Origin: Candidatus Desulfaltia bathyphila
Lineage (GTDB): Bacteria; Desulfobacterota; Desulfobacteria; Desulfobacterales; ETH-SRB1
Assembly (NCBI GenBank): GCA_014381545.1
Contig: JACNLL010000035.1
Location: forward strand, 1,741 to 65,740
Length of the DNA stretch: 64,000 bases
Reading direction: 5' to 3'
Part shown: piece by piece, positions 28,044 to 37,005 of the stretch
Numbering within the stretch: the first letter of the stretch is position 1
Layout: each line of letters starts with the position of its first letter
Translations under genes and position numbers: made by a program
Notes under the pieces: generated by a model
Seen by the model: only the letters and a program-made list of their open reading frames with translations
Databases searched by the model: none
Told to the model about the DNA's origin: nothing

Positions 28044-29327
28044 ATGGATAATCAGGTGATGGTCAGGATCAGAAAAAAGATAGAAACAATTATAACAGGG
28101 AACAGAAAAGACCGATTATTCTCTTTCGGCTCTTTCTTGTTTATGATTTCTCTTGTTTATGGCGGCATAGTAAAATTAAGAGAATTCTGCTATAAAACAG
28201 GGCTACTAAAATCAAAAAGGCTGCCCTGCGCGGTAATATCTATCGGGAATATAACGGTTGGCGGAACAGGAAAAACTCCGATGGCTATCAAGGTGGCACA
28301 GATAATCAGGCGCCTTGGCTATAAGGTAGCCATAATCAGCAGAGGATATAAGGGGGGGGCGGAAAAAACAGGAGGAATTGTAAGCAACGGGCATACTATA
28401 TTCATGGAGCCTGAAAAGGCGGGTGACGAACCGTTTATGATGGCTTCAAAATTAAAAGATATTCCTGTGGTTGTTGGGCAAAACCGGTTTGAGGCAGGCC
28501 GCCTGGCAATACAGGAATTCAATCCTGATGTTATTGTGCTTGATGATGCTTTCCAGCATCTGAACCTGAAGCGAGACATTGATATCGTCCTTTTGGATTG
28601 CGGCCGTCCTTTAGGCAACGCGCATCTTCTTCCAAGGGGCATCTTAAGAGAGACAATCTCTGCATTAAAGCGAAGTGATGCATTTGTCTTAACAAGGTTT
28701 GATTCCGTTTCCGATTACATCAGACAGGCCACTATGGATAAAATTGAACCGCAAAAGCGAGCGCATTCCCCGCAGTCCGCCAAAGCACTCTGGCGGACGG
28801 GGTTAGCGAGCGAATCTGAAAATAGCAAAGTTCCTTACGGTCGAAGATTCCCCGCAGCTTGCTGCGGGGAGCTTCAAAACCTGGCGCCCGGCAGACCGGT
28901 TTTCAGGTCTTTTCATGTTCCGAATCTTTATAAACCGGTAAATGACAAAAAGAGCATGCCGGGCATCGAGCTGCAAAACTTTGATTACGGTTTGTTACAT
29001 GGACGCAGAGTCGTTGCCTTTTCAGGGTTGGCAGGAAATAATGATTTTCGCAGAACAGTTGAAAGTCTTAAATGCGATTTGATCGATTTTTTTGAATTTC
29101 CAGACCACCACAAATATACGAAAATGGATCTGCAAGCAATCATACAATCGTCGATTAATGCTCAGGCTGAATTTATCCTCACAACTGAAAAGGACTATGT
29201 GCGGATTCCCGGCAAAACTTCATGGCCAGTAGAACTTGTTGTTGTCGGTATAGAGCTTTCCCTGGGAGATGATGAAAATGCCTTTATTGATTTTATTAAA
29301 AACAGGCTTGAAGAGATAGTCGAGTAG
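28044..29327 (+). CDS. lpxK: Tetraacyldisaccharide 4'-kinase with an internal in-frame insertion
   Basis: P-loop GNITVGGTGKTP and an LpxK-like sequence throughout. It is 427 aa, against 328 aa for E. coli LpxK. The extra segment at about 28750-28880 is GC-rich and palindromic. Confidence 0.9.
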   Translation: MDNQVMVRIRKKIETIITGNRKDRLFSFGSFLFMISLVYGGIVKLREFCYKTGLLKSKRLPCAVISIGNITVGGTGKTPMAIKVAQIIRRLGYKVAIISRGYKGGAEKTGGIVSNGHTIFMEPEKAGDEPFMMASKLKDIPVVVGQNRFEAGRLAIQEFNPDVIVLDDAFQHLNLKRDIDIVLLDCGRPLGNAHLLPRGILRETISALKRSDAFVLTRFDSVSDYIRQATMDKIEPQKRAHSPQSAKALWRTGLASESENSKVPYGRRFPAACCGELQNLAPGRPVFRSFHVPNLYKPVNDKKSMPGIELQNFDYGLLHGRRVVAFSGLAGNNDFRRTVESLKCDLIDFFEFPDHHKYTKMDLQAIIQSSINAQAEFILTTEKDYVRIPGKTSWPVELVVVGIELSLGDDENAFIDFIKNRLEEIVE

Positions 29328-29356
29328 TCGAGTAGTCGAGTAGTCGAGTGGTCGAG
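29317..29356 (+). repeat. Octanucleotide tandem array (TAGTCGAG) x5
   Basis: Read directly. The array covers the last codons and the TAG stop of lpxK. Confidence 0.9.
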
Positions 29357-29547
29357 TATATACATGACACGACATTAGTGGTTGAACTATTACTATGAAA
29401 AAATCAAACTTAGAGAATCTGTCATTTCGACCGCAGGGAGAAATCTTATATTTACAGGATGCTACAGCGAAAAGATTTCTCGTTCCACTCGAAATGACAA
29501 GTTCTAAAGTCTTTTTGCGAGTCCATCAATGATTACGATTTAAAAAT

Positions 29548-30303
29548 ATGAAAAAGCCAAAAATAAGCATAGCAATTATTGCAAAGAACGAAGTGGATCG
29601 AATCGGTCGTCTGCTCAAGAGCGTAAAATTTGCTGATGAGGTGCTTGTCGTTGACTCCGGAAGCACAGACGGCACTCAGGCTATCTGCAAAAAGCTTGGA
29701 GTAAAGGTAGTTTTTCATGAATGGGCCGGATATGCTGCTCAGAAACAGTTTGCGATGGAGCATACTTCGTCGGAATGGATACTCAGTCTTGATGCAGACG
29801 AAGAGATATCCGACTCTCTTGCAGAAGAGATACAGCATGCCATCAAAAATGCCGGTCCTGATGTATCCGCCTTTTCCATGCCAAGACTATCCAGATATCT
29901 CGGCCGCTGGATAAAACATGGCGGATGGTACCCTGATCGCAAATTGCGCCTTGTTCGCAGAGGCAAAGGCATGTGGAAAGGGGAGGGCCTTCACGAACAA
30001 CTAATTGTTAATGGAAAGATAGAACAGCTCTCTGAACCGATTCTTCATCATGTTTACCGGAACATTTCAGACCATGTTGCAACAATCAACAGGTTTTCCG
30101 ATGTTTATTCCGCTGATCGCGGCCCGGCCGGCGGCTGGTTTGTTCCTGCAGGCGCGGTTCATGCTCTTGGCAAATTCGCAGAATGTTATTTATGGAAACT
30201 CGGTTTTCTTGACGGCATCCCCGGGCTTGTTATCGCCATGAATTCAGCTTGGTATGTCTTCCTTAAGCATGCCAAGACATGGGAGCCCGGCCCGCTAAAG
30301 TAG
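29548..30303 (+). CDS. Family 2 glycosyltransferase (LPS core type)
   Basis: ISIAIIAKNE...VVDSGSTDGT...SLDADE is a typical GT2 pattern with a DxD motif. Confidence 0.85.
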   Translation: MKKPKISIAIIAKNEVDRIGRLLKSVKFADEVLVVDSGSTDGTQAICKKLGVKVVFHEWAGYAAQKQFAMEHTSSEWILSLDADEEISDSLAEEIQHAIKNAGPDVSAFSMPRLSRYLGRWIKHGGWYPDRKLRLVRRGKGMWKGEGLHEQLIVNGKIEQLSEPILHHVYRNISDHVATINRFSDVYSADRGPAGGWFVPAGAVHALGKFAECYLWKLGFLDGIPGLVIAMNSAWYVFLKHAKTWEPGPLK

Positions 30304-30555
30304 GCTATATTCACCGCAGAGCCGCAGAGGACGCAAAGAAGTTTATTTTTTTAAATTGTCGTGAGAGGCGACAATTTAAAAACTAAGCTGTAAATCTAAC
30401 TACAATATATCTTTGAATGGTATTCTTAGTTATCGCAAAGCGATGGAGAACATTTCTTTTCTGCCCTCTCAGCAGAAAAGATAATATTTTTTCTCTGCTA
30501 CCTCCGCGTCTTGAGCGAAGCGGGCGGTGAAAAACCGACTTTTTACGAGTTCATA

Positions 30556-31461
30556 ATGTTTAACTTACAAGAGATTACATACAAAGTTATTGCCGGCCTG
30601 CTTAAAGTCTTGGGCATTATCCCGCGCAAGACGGCATTCAAGCTGGGTAACTTTATCGGGCGAATTCTGTTTTTGTGTGATAAAAAGCATCGGAAAATAG
30701 CGATAAACAACCTGACACGCTCTTTTGGCCATGAAAAAAGTTCATATGAGATTAAAACTCTTGCCCGGAGTGTTTTTAAAAATCTCAGCCAAATTTTATT
30801 TGAAATAGGATGGTCTCTTAGATTAGAGAGCAAAGATTTTAACAAACATTTTTTCATCAATGGATTATCCAACTTCGAGGCTGCTTTTGAAAAAGGCAAA
30901 GGCGTTTTATTTCTCACCGCCCATATCGGAAACTGGGAACTTCTGCCTATTATTGGGGCCATGACCGGCCGCAATATCAACATACTTTTTCGTCCCCTTG
31001 ATTTTTTGTCCTTAAATACGATTTTTATAAACACCCGGACCCGTTTTGGAGCAAAATTGATCCCAACCAGGCATTCAATGCGCAGGATTTTAAGCAGTTT
31101 AAAAAAAGATGAAGGGGTTGTCATTTTACTGGATCAGAATGTTGACTGGTATGAAGGGGTTTTTGTCGATTTTTTTGGCCACATGGCCTGTACAAACAAA
31201 GGCATGGCTCTCCTCGCGCTAAAGACTGAAGCGCCGGTTGTCCCTGTTTTTTTAGTGCGTGAAGGTCTGGGCTTTAAAGCAGAATTCTGTCGCGAAGTGC
31301 CTCTGATAAAAACAGGAGACAAGACAAGGGATGTTGAAGAAAACACTCAGCAGTATAACAGGATTATAGAAGACTTTATCCGTCAATACCCTGACCAGTG
31401 GTTCTGGGTTCATCAACGCTGGAAAACAAAACCATACTGCCAATGGCCGCGAAAGATATGA
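30556..31461 (+). CDS. Lipid A late acyltransferase (LpxL/HtrB family)
   Basis: HIGNWEL catalytic motif and a YPDQWFWVHQRWK C-terminus. The ORF opens at 30511 inside a repeat, so I prefer the ATG at 30556. Confidence 0.8.
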   Translation: MFNLQEITYKVIAGLLKVLGIIPRKTAFKLGNFIGRILFLCDKKHRKIAINNLTRSFGHEKSSYEIKTLARSVFKNLSQILFEIGWSLRLESKDFNKHFFINGLSNFEAAFEKGKGVLFLTAHIGNWELLPIIGAMTGRNINILFRPLDFLSLNTIFINTRTRFGAKLIPTRHSMRRILSSLKKDEGVVILLDQNVDWYEGVFVDFFGHMACTNKGMALLALKTEAPVVPVFLVREGLGFKAEFCREVPLIKTGDKTRDVEENTQQYNRIIEDFIRQYPDQWFWVHQRWKTKPYCQWPRKI

Positions 31462-32498
31462 AATCTTTAAATCTGAGAAGTATCAAGCGACTCCTTATCC
31501 GTTCCACCAACTGGATCGGCGATGCAGTCATGACAACGCCTGCTGTCCGGGCGATCCGGAAAAACTTTCCTGATGCCAAAATCAGCCTGTTAACCAAGCC
31601 ATGGGTTGCGCCGGTTTTTTCAGACAGCCCTTATGTAGATAACCTGTTGATATATGACGAAGCGGAAAAACATAAAGGCCTTTCCGGGAAGCTGCGGCTT
31701 GCAAGGGAATTGAAACAATACGGGTTTGATGCGGCAATCCTGCTGCAAAACGCCTTTGAAGCCGCTCTCATTACATTTTTTGCCGGCATTCCATGTAGAA
31801 TCGGGTACAATACAGATGTTAGAGGCTTTCTGCTGACTCACTCTGTTTTCTGCACGCCTCAAATCAAGAAGATGCATCAAACCGGATATTACTTGGGCAT
31901 TCTCCAGGGAATAGGCCTAAAGGCAGATGGTCTGGGTCTGGATCTTGTTGTGAATAAGAAGTATCAAAAGCGTGCTGTTGAAATTTTGGAAGAACATGGC
32001 ATATCCAGAACAAATAGATTGGTTGGAATCAACCCGAGCGCCACTTTTGGTCCGGCCAAACAGTGGTTCCCTGAGCGTTACGCTGCTTTATCTGATAAAA
32101 TACATGAAGTTTTTGGCGCTGACATACTTCTTTTTGGAGGTCCGGGAGACAGAGAACTTGGGCGCAAAATTTCAAAGATGATGAAATATCCGCCGGTTGA
32201 TCTTTCAGGAAAAACAGATCTTGGAGAAGCAATAGCCTTGATAAATATGTGCAACCTCTTTATTACAAATGATTCCGGTTTGATGCATGTTGCGGCTGCT
32301 TTTGATATTCCTTTGATTGCCATATTCGGCTCTACAAATCCGGTTACAACAGGACCGAAAGGCTTAAACAGCAGGATTGTGCGGATTCCTGTTGAATGCA
32401 GCCCTTGTTTGAAACCAAAATGCCCCAAAGGCCATCTTGAATGCATGAATGAAATTGATGTTGACATGGTCTTTGATATGGCAAAGGAACTTTTGTGA
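31458..32498 (+). CDS. waaF: ADP-heptose:LPS heptosyltransferase II (GT9)
   Basis: The N-terminus RLLIRSTNWIGDAVMTTPA is WaaF-like. The ATG overlaps the upstream stop (ATGA). Confidence 0.8.
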   Translation: MKSLNLRSIKRLLIRSTNWIGDAVMTTPAVRAIRKNFPDAKISLLTKPWVAPVFSDSPYVDNLLIYDEAEKHKGLSGKLRLARELKQYGFDAAILLQNAFEAALITFFAGIPCRIGYNTDVRGFLLTHSVFCTPQIKKMHQTGYYLGILQGIGLKADGLGLDLVVNKKYQKRAVEILEEHGISRTNRLVGINPSATFGPAKQWFPERYAALSDKIHEVFGADILLFGGPGDRELGRKISKMMKYPPVDLSGKTDLGEAIALINMCNLFITNDSGLMHVAAAFDIPLIAIFGSTNPVTTGPKGLNSRIVRIPVECSPCLKPKCPKGHLECMNEIDVDMVFDMAKELL

Positions 32499-33547
32499 AC
32501 ATACTCATTGTAAAATTGAGCGCAATCGGCGATGTAATCCATACCCTTCCCGCTCTGAATGCCGTTAGAAAACAGTATCCTGACGCACATATCACATGGC
32601 TTGTGGAAGAGGCGACATATAGCGTTATAAAAGGGCACAAAGCGCTTGACAGGATAATTGTTTCAAGGAGAAAGAGATGGCTGAAAGGGCTTGCCGGGCG
32701 ATTCTGTGTTAAAAATTTCAGAGAGGCTTGCGGTTTTATTAAGCAGCTTCGCGATACTAACTACGACATAATACTCGATTTCCAGGCCCTGCTTAAAAGC
32801 GGGGTTTTAATAGAACTGGCCAGGGGCGGGCGAAAAATCGGTTTTGACAAAGGCATGGATCACCAGGAACACAGTTATATATTCTTAAATGAACGTATTA
32901 AGCCGGTTGATATGGAGGTTCACGCTCTTACCAGAGGGATGATGCTTTTAGAATCCATAGGCATTAAATCTCGTGAAACTGTATTTAATGTTCCGATTTC
33001 CGAGCAGGATCGCGATGCCGCAAATGATCTGCTGATGCAACACGGTATAAAAGCGCCAAAACCGCTTGTTGCAATAAATCCAATGGCCAAGTGGGAGACA
33101 AAGCTCTGGGATAATCTGAAATTTGCAAACCTTGCAGATAGGCTGATTGAACAGGCAAACGCTGATGTAATTTTTACAGGAAGCCGGGAAGATAGCAAAG
33201 CAATCGAGGATATTATTTCAAACATGAAGGCTAAGGCATCCAATCTTGCCGGTAGGACAGATCTGAAAACACTGGCTGCACTTTACGAGAAAACATCCAT
33301 TGTTGTTTCAACCGACACAGGACCCATGCATCTTGCCGCAGCCATTGGAACGCCTGTTGTGGCCCTTTTTGGACCTACAGCGCCGTGGAGAACCGGTCCG
33401 TTTGGGCCTGGTCATAAAATTATTAGGGCAGATATGGAATGCAGCCCCTGTTTTAAAAGGCAGTGCAAAACAATTGATTGCATGAAACAGATTACTGTTG
33501 ATCAGGTTTTTGAAGCAGCAATGTCTGCAATTCTTTTACCACATTAA
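32495..33547 (+). CDS. waaC: ADP-heptose:LPS heptosyltransferase I (GT9)
   Basis: MNILIVKLSAIGDVIHTLPAL is WaaC-like. The GTG start overlaps the waaF stop (GTGA). Confidence 0.8.
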   Translation: MNILIVKLSAIGDVIHTLPALNAVRKQYPDAHITWLVEEATYSVIKGHKALDRIIVSRRKRWLKGLAGRFCVKNFREACGFIKQLRDTNYDIILDFQALLKSGVLIELARGGRKIGFDKGMDHQEHSYIFLNERIKPVDMEVHALTRGMMLLESIGIKSRETVFNVPISEQDRDAANDLLMQHGIKAPKPLVAINPMAKWETKLWDNLKFANLADRLIEQANADVIFTGSREDSKAIEDIISNMKAKASNLAGRTDLKTLAALYEKTSIVVSTDTGPMHLAAAIGTPVVALFGPTAPWRTGPFGPGHKIIRADMECSPCFKRQCKTIDCMKQITVDQVFEAAMSAILLPH

Positions 33548-33643
33548 TATTTTATCTTCTTCCTGTGCTTCGTGGTGAAAATAAAATGTGATTAATTTAA
33601 AACTGAGAATTTAAAATTCAAAATTGTTCAGTTAGGATCTCGC

Positions 33644-34564
33644 ATGGACGTTTCAATTATAATTGTTAACTGGAATACTAAAAAACTTTTGTTAGACTGC
33701 ATTTGCTCAATCTACGAAACTGTGAAAAGTATAACTTTTGAGATATGGCTGGTTGATAATGCATCCAGCGATAACAGTGTGGAGGCTGTTAAACAAAATT
33801 ATCCTGATATAAAGATTATCCGGAACAGGAAAAACTTAGGTTTTGCCGCGGCCAACAACATTGCTCTGGAAAGAATGTGCGGCCAATATGCTTTACTGCT
33901 AAATACAGACACAATCGTTACGAACGGAGCGGTCGAAAACCTTTTCGATTTTATGGAAAAAAATCAGAATGCAGGCATGGCATGCGGTCAACTGCTTAAT
34001 CAGGATGGATCAAAACAGAACTCTGTTGCCAATTTTCCGAGCTCACTCTCTCTGCTTTGCAATGAGAGCGTTTTGCAGATATTGTTTCCAAAAAAATTCC
34101 CAGGGAAGAGAAGAGAATATAAAAAGCCGGTTGAGGTGGATTCATGTATCGGAGCCTGTTTGATGGTAAGAAAAAGGGCTATGGATGAAGTTGGCCTGCT
34201 TGATGAAAGATATTTCTTTTTCTTTGAGGAAACAGATTGGGCATACAGGATGAAGCGGGCTGGATGGAAAATATATTTTGTTCCATCAGCCGGAATTTTT
34301 CATATTCAGGGGCAGACTGTAGGCCATAATGCAAGTTCCAGGATAATGTTCTACCGATCACGCTATATCTATTTTAAAAAATGGTGCCCCCGTTCTTATC
34401 CGTTTGTGCGCCTGATTATTTTTGTCAGACTGTTGATAAATGCAATTTTGAGCCTGGTGGGAGTTGTTGCCACGCTTGGCATGCATGCGGGCATAAAAAA
34501 GAAGTTGTCGGTTTATAGCAGGCTGATCTTATGGCATCTTGCCGGATGCCCTGAAGATAAATAG
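33644..34564 (+). CDS. Family 2 glycosyltransferase
   Basis: VSIIIVNWN...VDNASSDNS...LLNTD is a typical GT2 pattern. Confidence 0.85.
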   Translation: MDVSIIIVNWNTKKLLLDCICSIYETVKSITFEIWLVDNASSDNSVEAVKQNYPDIKIIRNRKNLGFAAANNIALERMCGQYALLLNTDTIVTNGAVENLFDFMEKNQNAGMACGQLLNQDGSKQNSVANFPSSLSLLCNESVLQILFPKKFPGKRREYKKPVEVDSCIGACLMVRKRAMDEVGLLDERYFFFFEETDWAYRMKRAGWKIYFVPSAGIFHIQGQTVGHNASSRIMFYRSRYIYFKKWCPRSYPFVRLIIFVRLLINAILSLVGVVATLGMHAGIKKKLSVYSRLILWHLAGCPEDK

Positions 34565-34599
34565 TAGAATGTTTCCGAAATAACATTGTATCTTATCCT

Positions 34600-34720
34600 G
34601 TCATTGCGAGACGTTTGCATAACCCCAGAATTGTCATTGCGAGGAGCAAAGCGACGTGGCAATCTCGTGGCTTATCAATGTGTTGGTGAGAGTGCTTTGG
34701 CGGAGCGGACTTGCAATGAC
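34600..34720. repeat. REP-like palindromic element (GTCATTGCGAG family), with a duplicated left arm
   Basis: GTCATTGCGAG occurs at 34600 and 34633. The core GTCATTGCGAGGAGCAAAGCGACGTGGCAATCT.GTGGCTTATCAATGTGTT is shared with 18809-18860. The right arm is CTTGCAATGAC. Confidence 0.8.
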
Positions 34721-34758
34721 AAATTGTTTTAAAAACGATGCAATAGGTGCTAAATTTT

Positions 34759-35865
34759 ATGCTCATAAAAGGAGATAAGTTAATATTAAAAGATATCCGC
34801 AGCATTTTATTAATTCAATTAGGCGATATCGGCGATGTGGTATGGGCTACACCCACTTTCCGTGCCGTAAAGGAAGCATATCCGCAGGCAAATGTTTCCG
34901 TTCTCTTGAGGGAAAGCTTTAGATCGCTTTTGGAGTCAGACCCTAATATCCATAAAATTTTTGAAGTAAAGCGATACAGAGGAAATCTTCTTGAAAAAGC
35001 GATCAAACAACTATCCTTTATCAGAGATTTGCGCAGAGAGCGCTTCGATCTGGTCTTTGATCTTCGCTCAGACGAGAGGGGGGCTTATATGGCCTTCCTT
35101 ACTGGAGCTCCCATTAGGGCCGCAATGTTTTATCGCGGTCTCAGATGGCGTAATTGCCTCTTTACACACCTCGTTGATCCACCTGTTCCCAAAGAAAGAA
35201 TCCATGGTGCAGCAGAGCAATCTCTTCAGATTGTGAGAGAATTTAGCATAGACACAAAAGATACCATTCCGAAACTCTGGGTTTCTGAAAAAGTCAAAAA
35301 ACGGGCAAAAAAACTCTTAGATGGTGACGGCGTAGCGGTTGTAAGCCGCTGGATTACACTGAACCCATTTTCAAGATGGCAGTACAAAGAATGGGGTTAT
35401 GAGAAATGGGTGCAAATTATTGACTGGTTACGCGAAGAATACGGAATTTCAACCGTTATTGTCGGGGCACCTGGAGAGAGAGAAAAATCAATTGATATTG
35501 CAAGTAAATGCAAGGGGCAAATTTTTAATCTTGCCGGCAAGACTACCTTGGATGAACTGGCTGGGGTACTCAGCTTGAGCAGCCTGCATGTAGGAGTAGA
35601 TAGCGCGGCTCCACATATTGCTGCCGCAGTTAGTACTTCTACGATAACCATCTACGGGCCTTCCGATTGGAGAGATTGGGCGCCTCTGGGAGAAATACAT
35701 AGCGTTCTAACTCCGGATTGCGATTGTGTTCCATGTCACCAGAAAGGGTGTGATGGTAGCGGCACAAGTAAATGTCTTGAAGAATTAACGGTTGATAAGG
35801 TGAAAGGGGCAATTCAAGAATTCTTGCACTACAATGGCAAAATACCTGTTAGATCAATCCCGTAA
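34759..35865 (+). CDS. GT9 family glycosyltransferase (third heptosyltransferase-like)
   Basis: ILLIQLGDIGDVVWATPTFRAV and a C-terminal CxxC-containing region, as in GT9 enzymes. Confidence 0.8.
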   Translation: MLIKGDKLILKDIRSILLIQLGDIGDVVWATPTFRAVKEAYPQANVSVLLRESFRSLLESDPNIHKIFEVKRYRGNLLEKAIKQLSFIRDLRRERFDLVFDLRSDERGAYMAFLTGAPIRAAMFYRGLRWRNCLFTHLVDPPVPKERIHGAAEQSLQIVREFSIDTKDTIPKLWVSEKVKKRAKKLLDGDGVAVVSRWITLNPFSRWQYKEWGYEKWVQIIDWLREEYGISTVIVGAPGEREKSIDIASKCKGQIFNLAGKTTLDELAGVLSLSSLHVGVDSAAPHIAAAVSTSTITIYGPSDWRDWAPLGEIHSVLTPDCDCVPCHQKGCDGSGTSKCLEELTVDKVKGAIQEFLHYNGKIPVRSIP

Positions 35866-37003
35866 TCGTAAACATCTTCTCAAATCTCATTTCCCAGGTA
35901 TGTTCAGTATGAGCTCGTTGAAACCCCCTTTTTCTTACCTTTTCCGCCTCTTCAGGATTTGACAGGAGATAGCTGATCTTTGCGACGAGGTCGTCGAAAT
36001 TTGTGTATGTAATGATTTCATTGCCGATATCGTAGACTTTTTCGAGTTCGGGATTGTGTTCGGTTAAGTAAAGACCGCCACTCATGGGGATTTCAAAATC
36101 TCTTCCTTTTAGGCAGTAAGTGTCCTGGTGTCCTGCCACTCCACCGAAACCGAGATTGATTTTACTCTTCGAATACATACAAATCATATCTTCCATTGGC
36201 AAAGGCCCATTTGGCCAGCCATATCCAAAAGCTTCCACGTGAATGCCACGATCTTTCAGGGCATGAATAATGGTCGATCGGTTTCCATAACATTGTCCAA
36301 CGAATGACACACCAATAGTTTTTTCTAAATCGTATGGTTTATGAATTTCGGGATTAGCTCCTTCAGGAAGATAGATGGGAAGAGCTTTCTCCACACAATA
36401 TTTCTTCAGGGCATCTTCGGTACTTGTCCAGCAAAGATCAAAGAAGCGGCAGATATTTTTCATTCCAATGGGCTGACCCTTTTTTGTCTTTCCGAAGAAT
36501 GTTTCCTTGTCGTTCAGAGATAGATTGACTATGGGAACACCAAATGAACCCAATTTCTGAATCGTATTCGGAAATACAAGTCCCCCTGACAGATAGGTGA
36601 AAATAACGTCGGTTGAATCACCTTGAATCCATTTTCTTGCTCGACTGACAAGATCTTTATTCATTTTTGCTTTTATGGATTTGTACCAATCTTTTCTTTG
36701 GTGGTTGTAATTTTCAAACCAATCATAATGCCGAACTTGACCGAATTTTTCGAGGGACGGTTTCAGCGATTCATTTTCCCAGTTATAATGGTGGTAGATT
36801 GCGAGGATATTTAAATTTCCTTTTGGCGTTGGTTTCAGGTTAGGAAACTTGCGTTTAAAAATCTTTTGGATTATTTCTTCGTCAGGCAAGGTGAGGTGAA
36901 GTGAATCGAATTTAGAGCTATAGTAATGAAGTTCCCGTTTAAGCTGCTGCTTGTTCTTCCATTCTCTGAATCGTCTTCTGTACTTTTTAAATGGGTCGTT
37001 CAT
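35849..37003 (-). CDS. CgeB/DUF3880-like glycosyltransferase
   Basis: The C-terminal half (FEIPMSGGLYLTEHNPELEKVY...AEKVRKRGFQRAHTEHTWEMRF) resembles the CgeB-type GT1-like domain. There is a 17-bp convergent overlap with the GT9 gene. Confidence 0.65.
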   Translation of the reverse strand: MNDPFKKYRRRFREWKNKQQLKRELHYYSSKFDSLHLTLPDEEIIQKIFKRKFPNLKPTPKGNLNILAIYHHYNWENESLKPSLEKFGQVRHYDWFENYNHQRKDWYKSIKAKMNKDLVSRARKWIQGDSTDVIFTYLSGGLVFPNTIQKLGSFGVPIVNLSLNDKETFFGKTKKGQPIGMKNICRFFDLCWTSTEDALKKYCVEKALPIYLPEGANPEIHKPYDLEKTIGVSFVGQCYGNRSTIIHALKDRGIHVEAFGYGWPNGPLPMEDMICMYSKSKINLGFGGVAGHQDTYCLKGRDFEIPMSGGLYLTEHNPELEKVYDIGNEIITYTNFDDLVAKISYLLSNPEEAEKVRKRGFQRAHTEHTWEMRFEKMFTITGLI

Positions 37004-37005
37004 CC

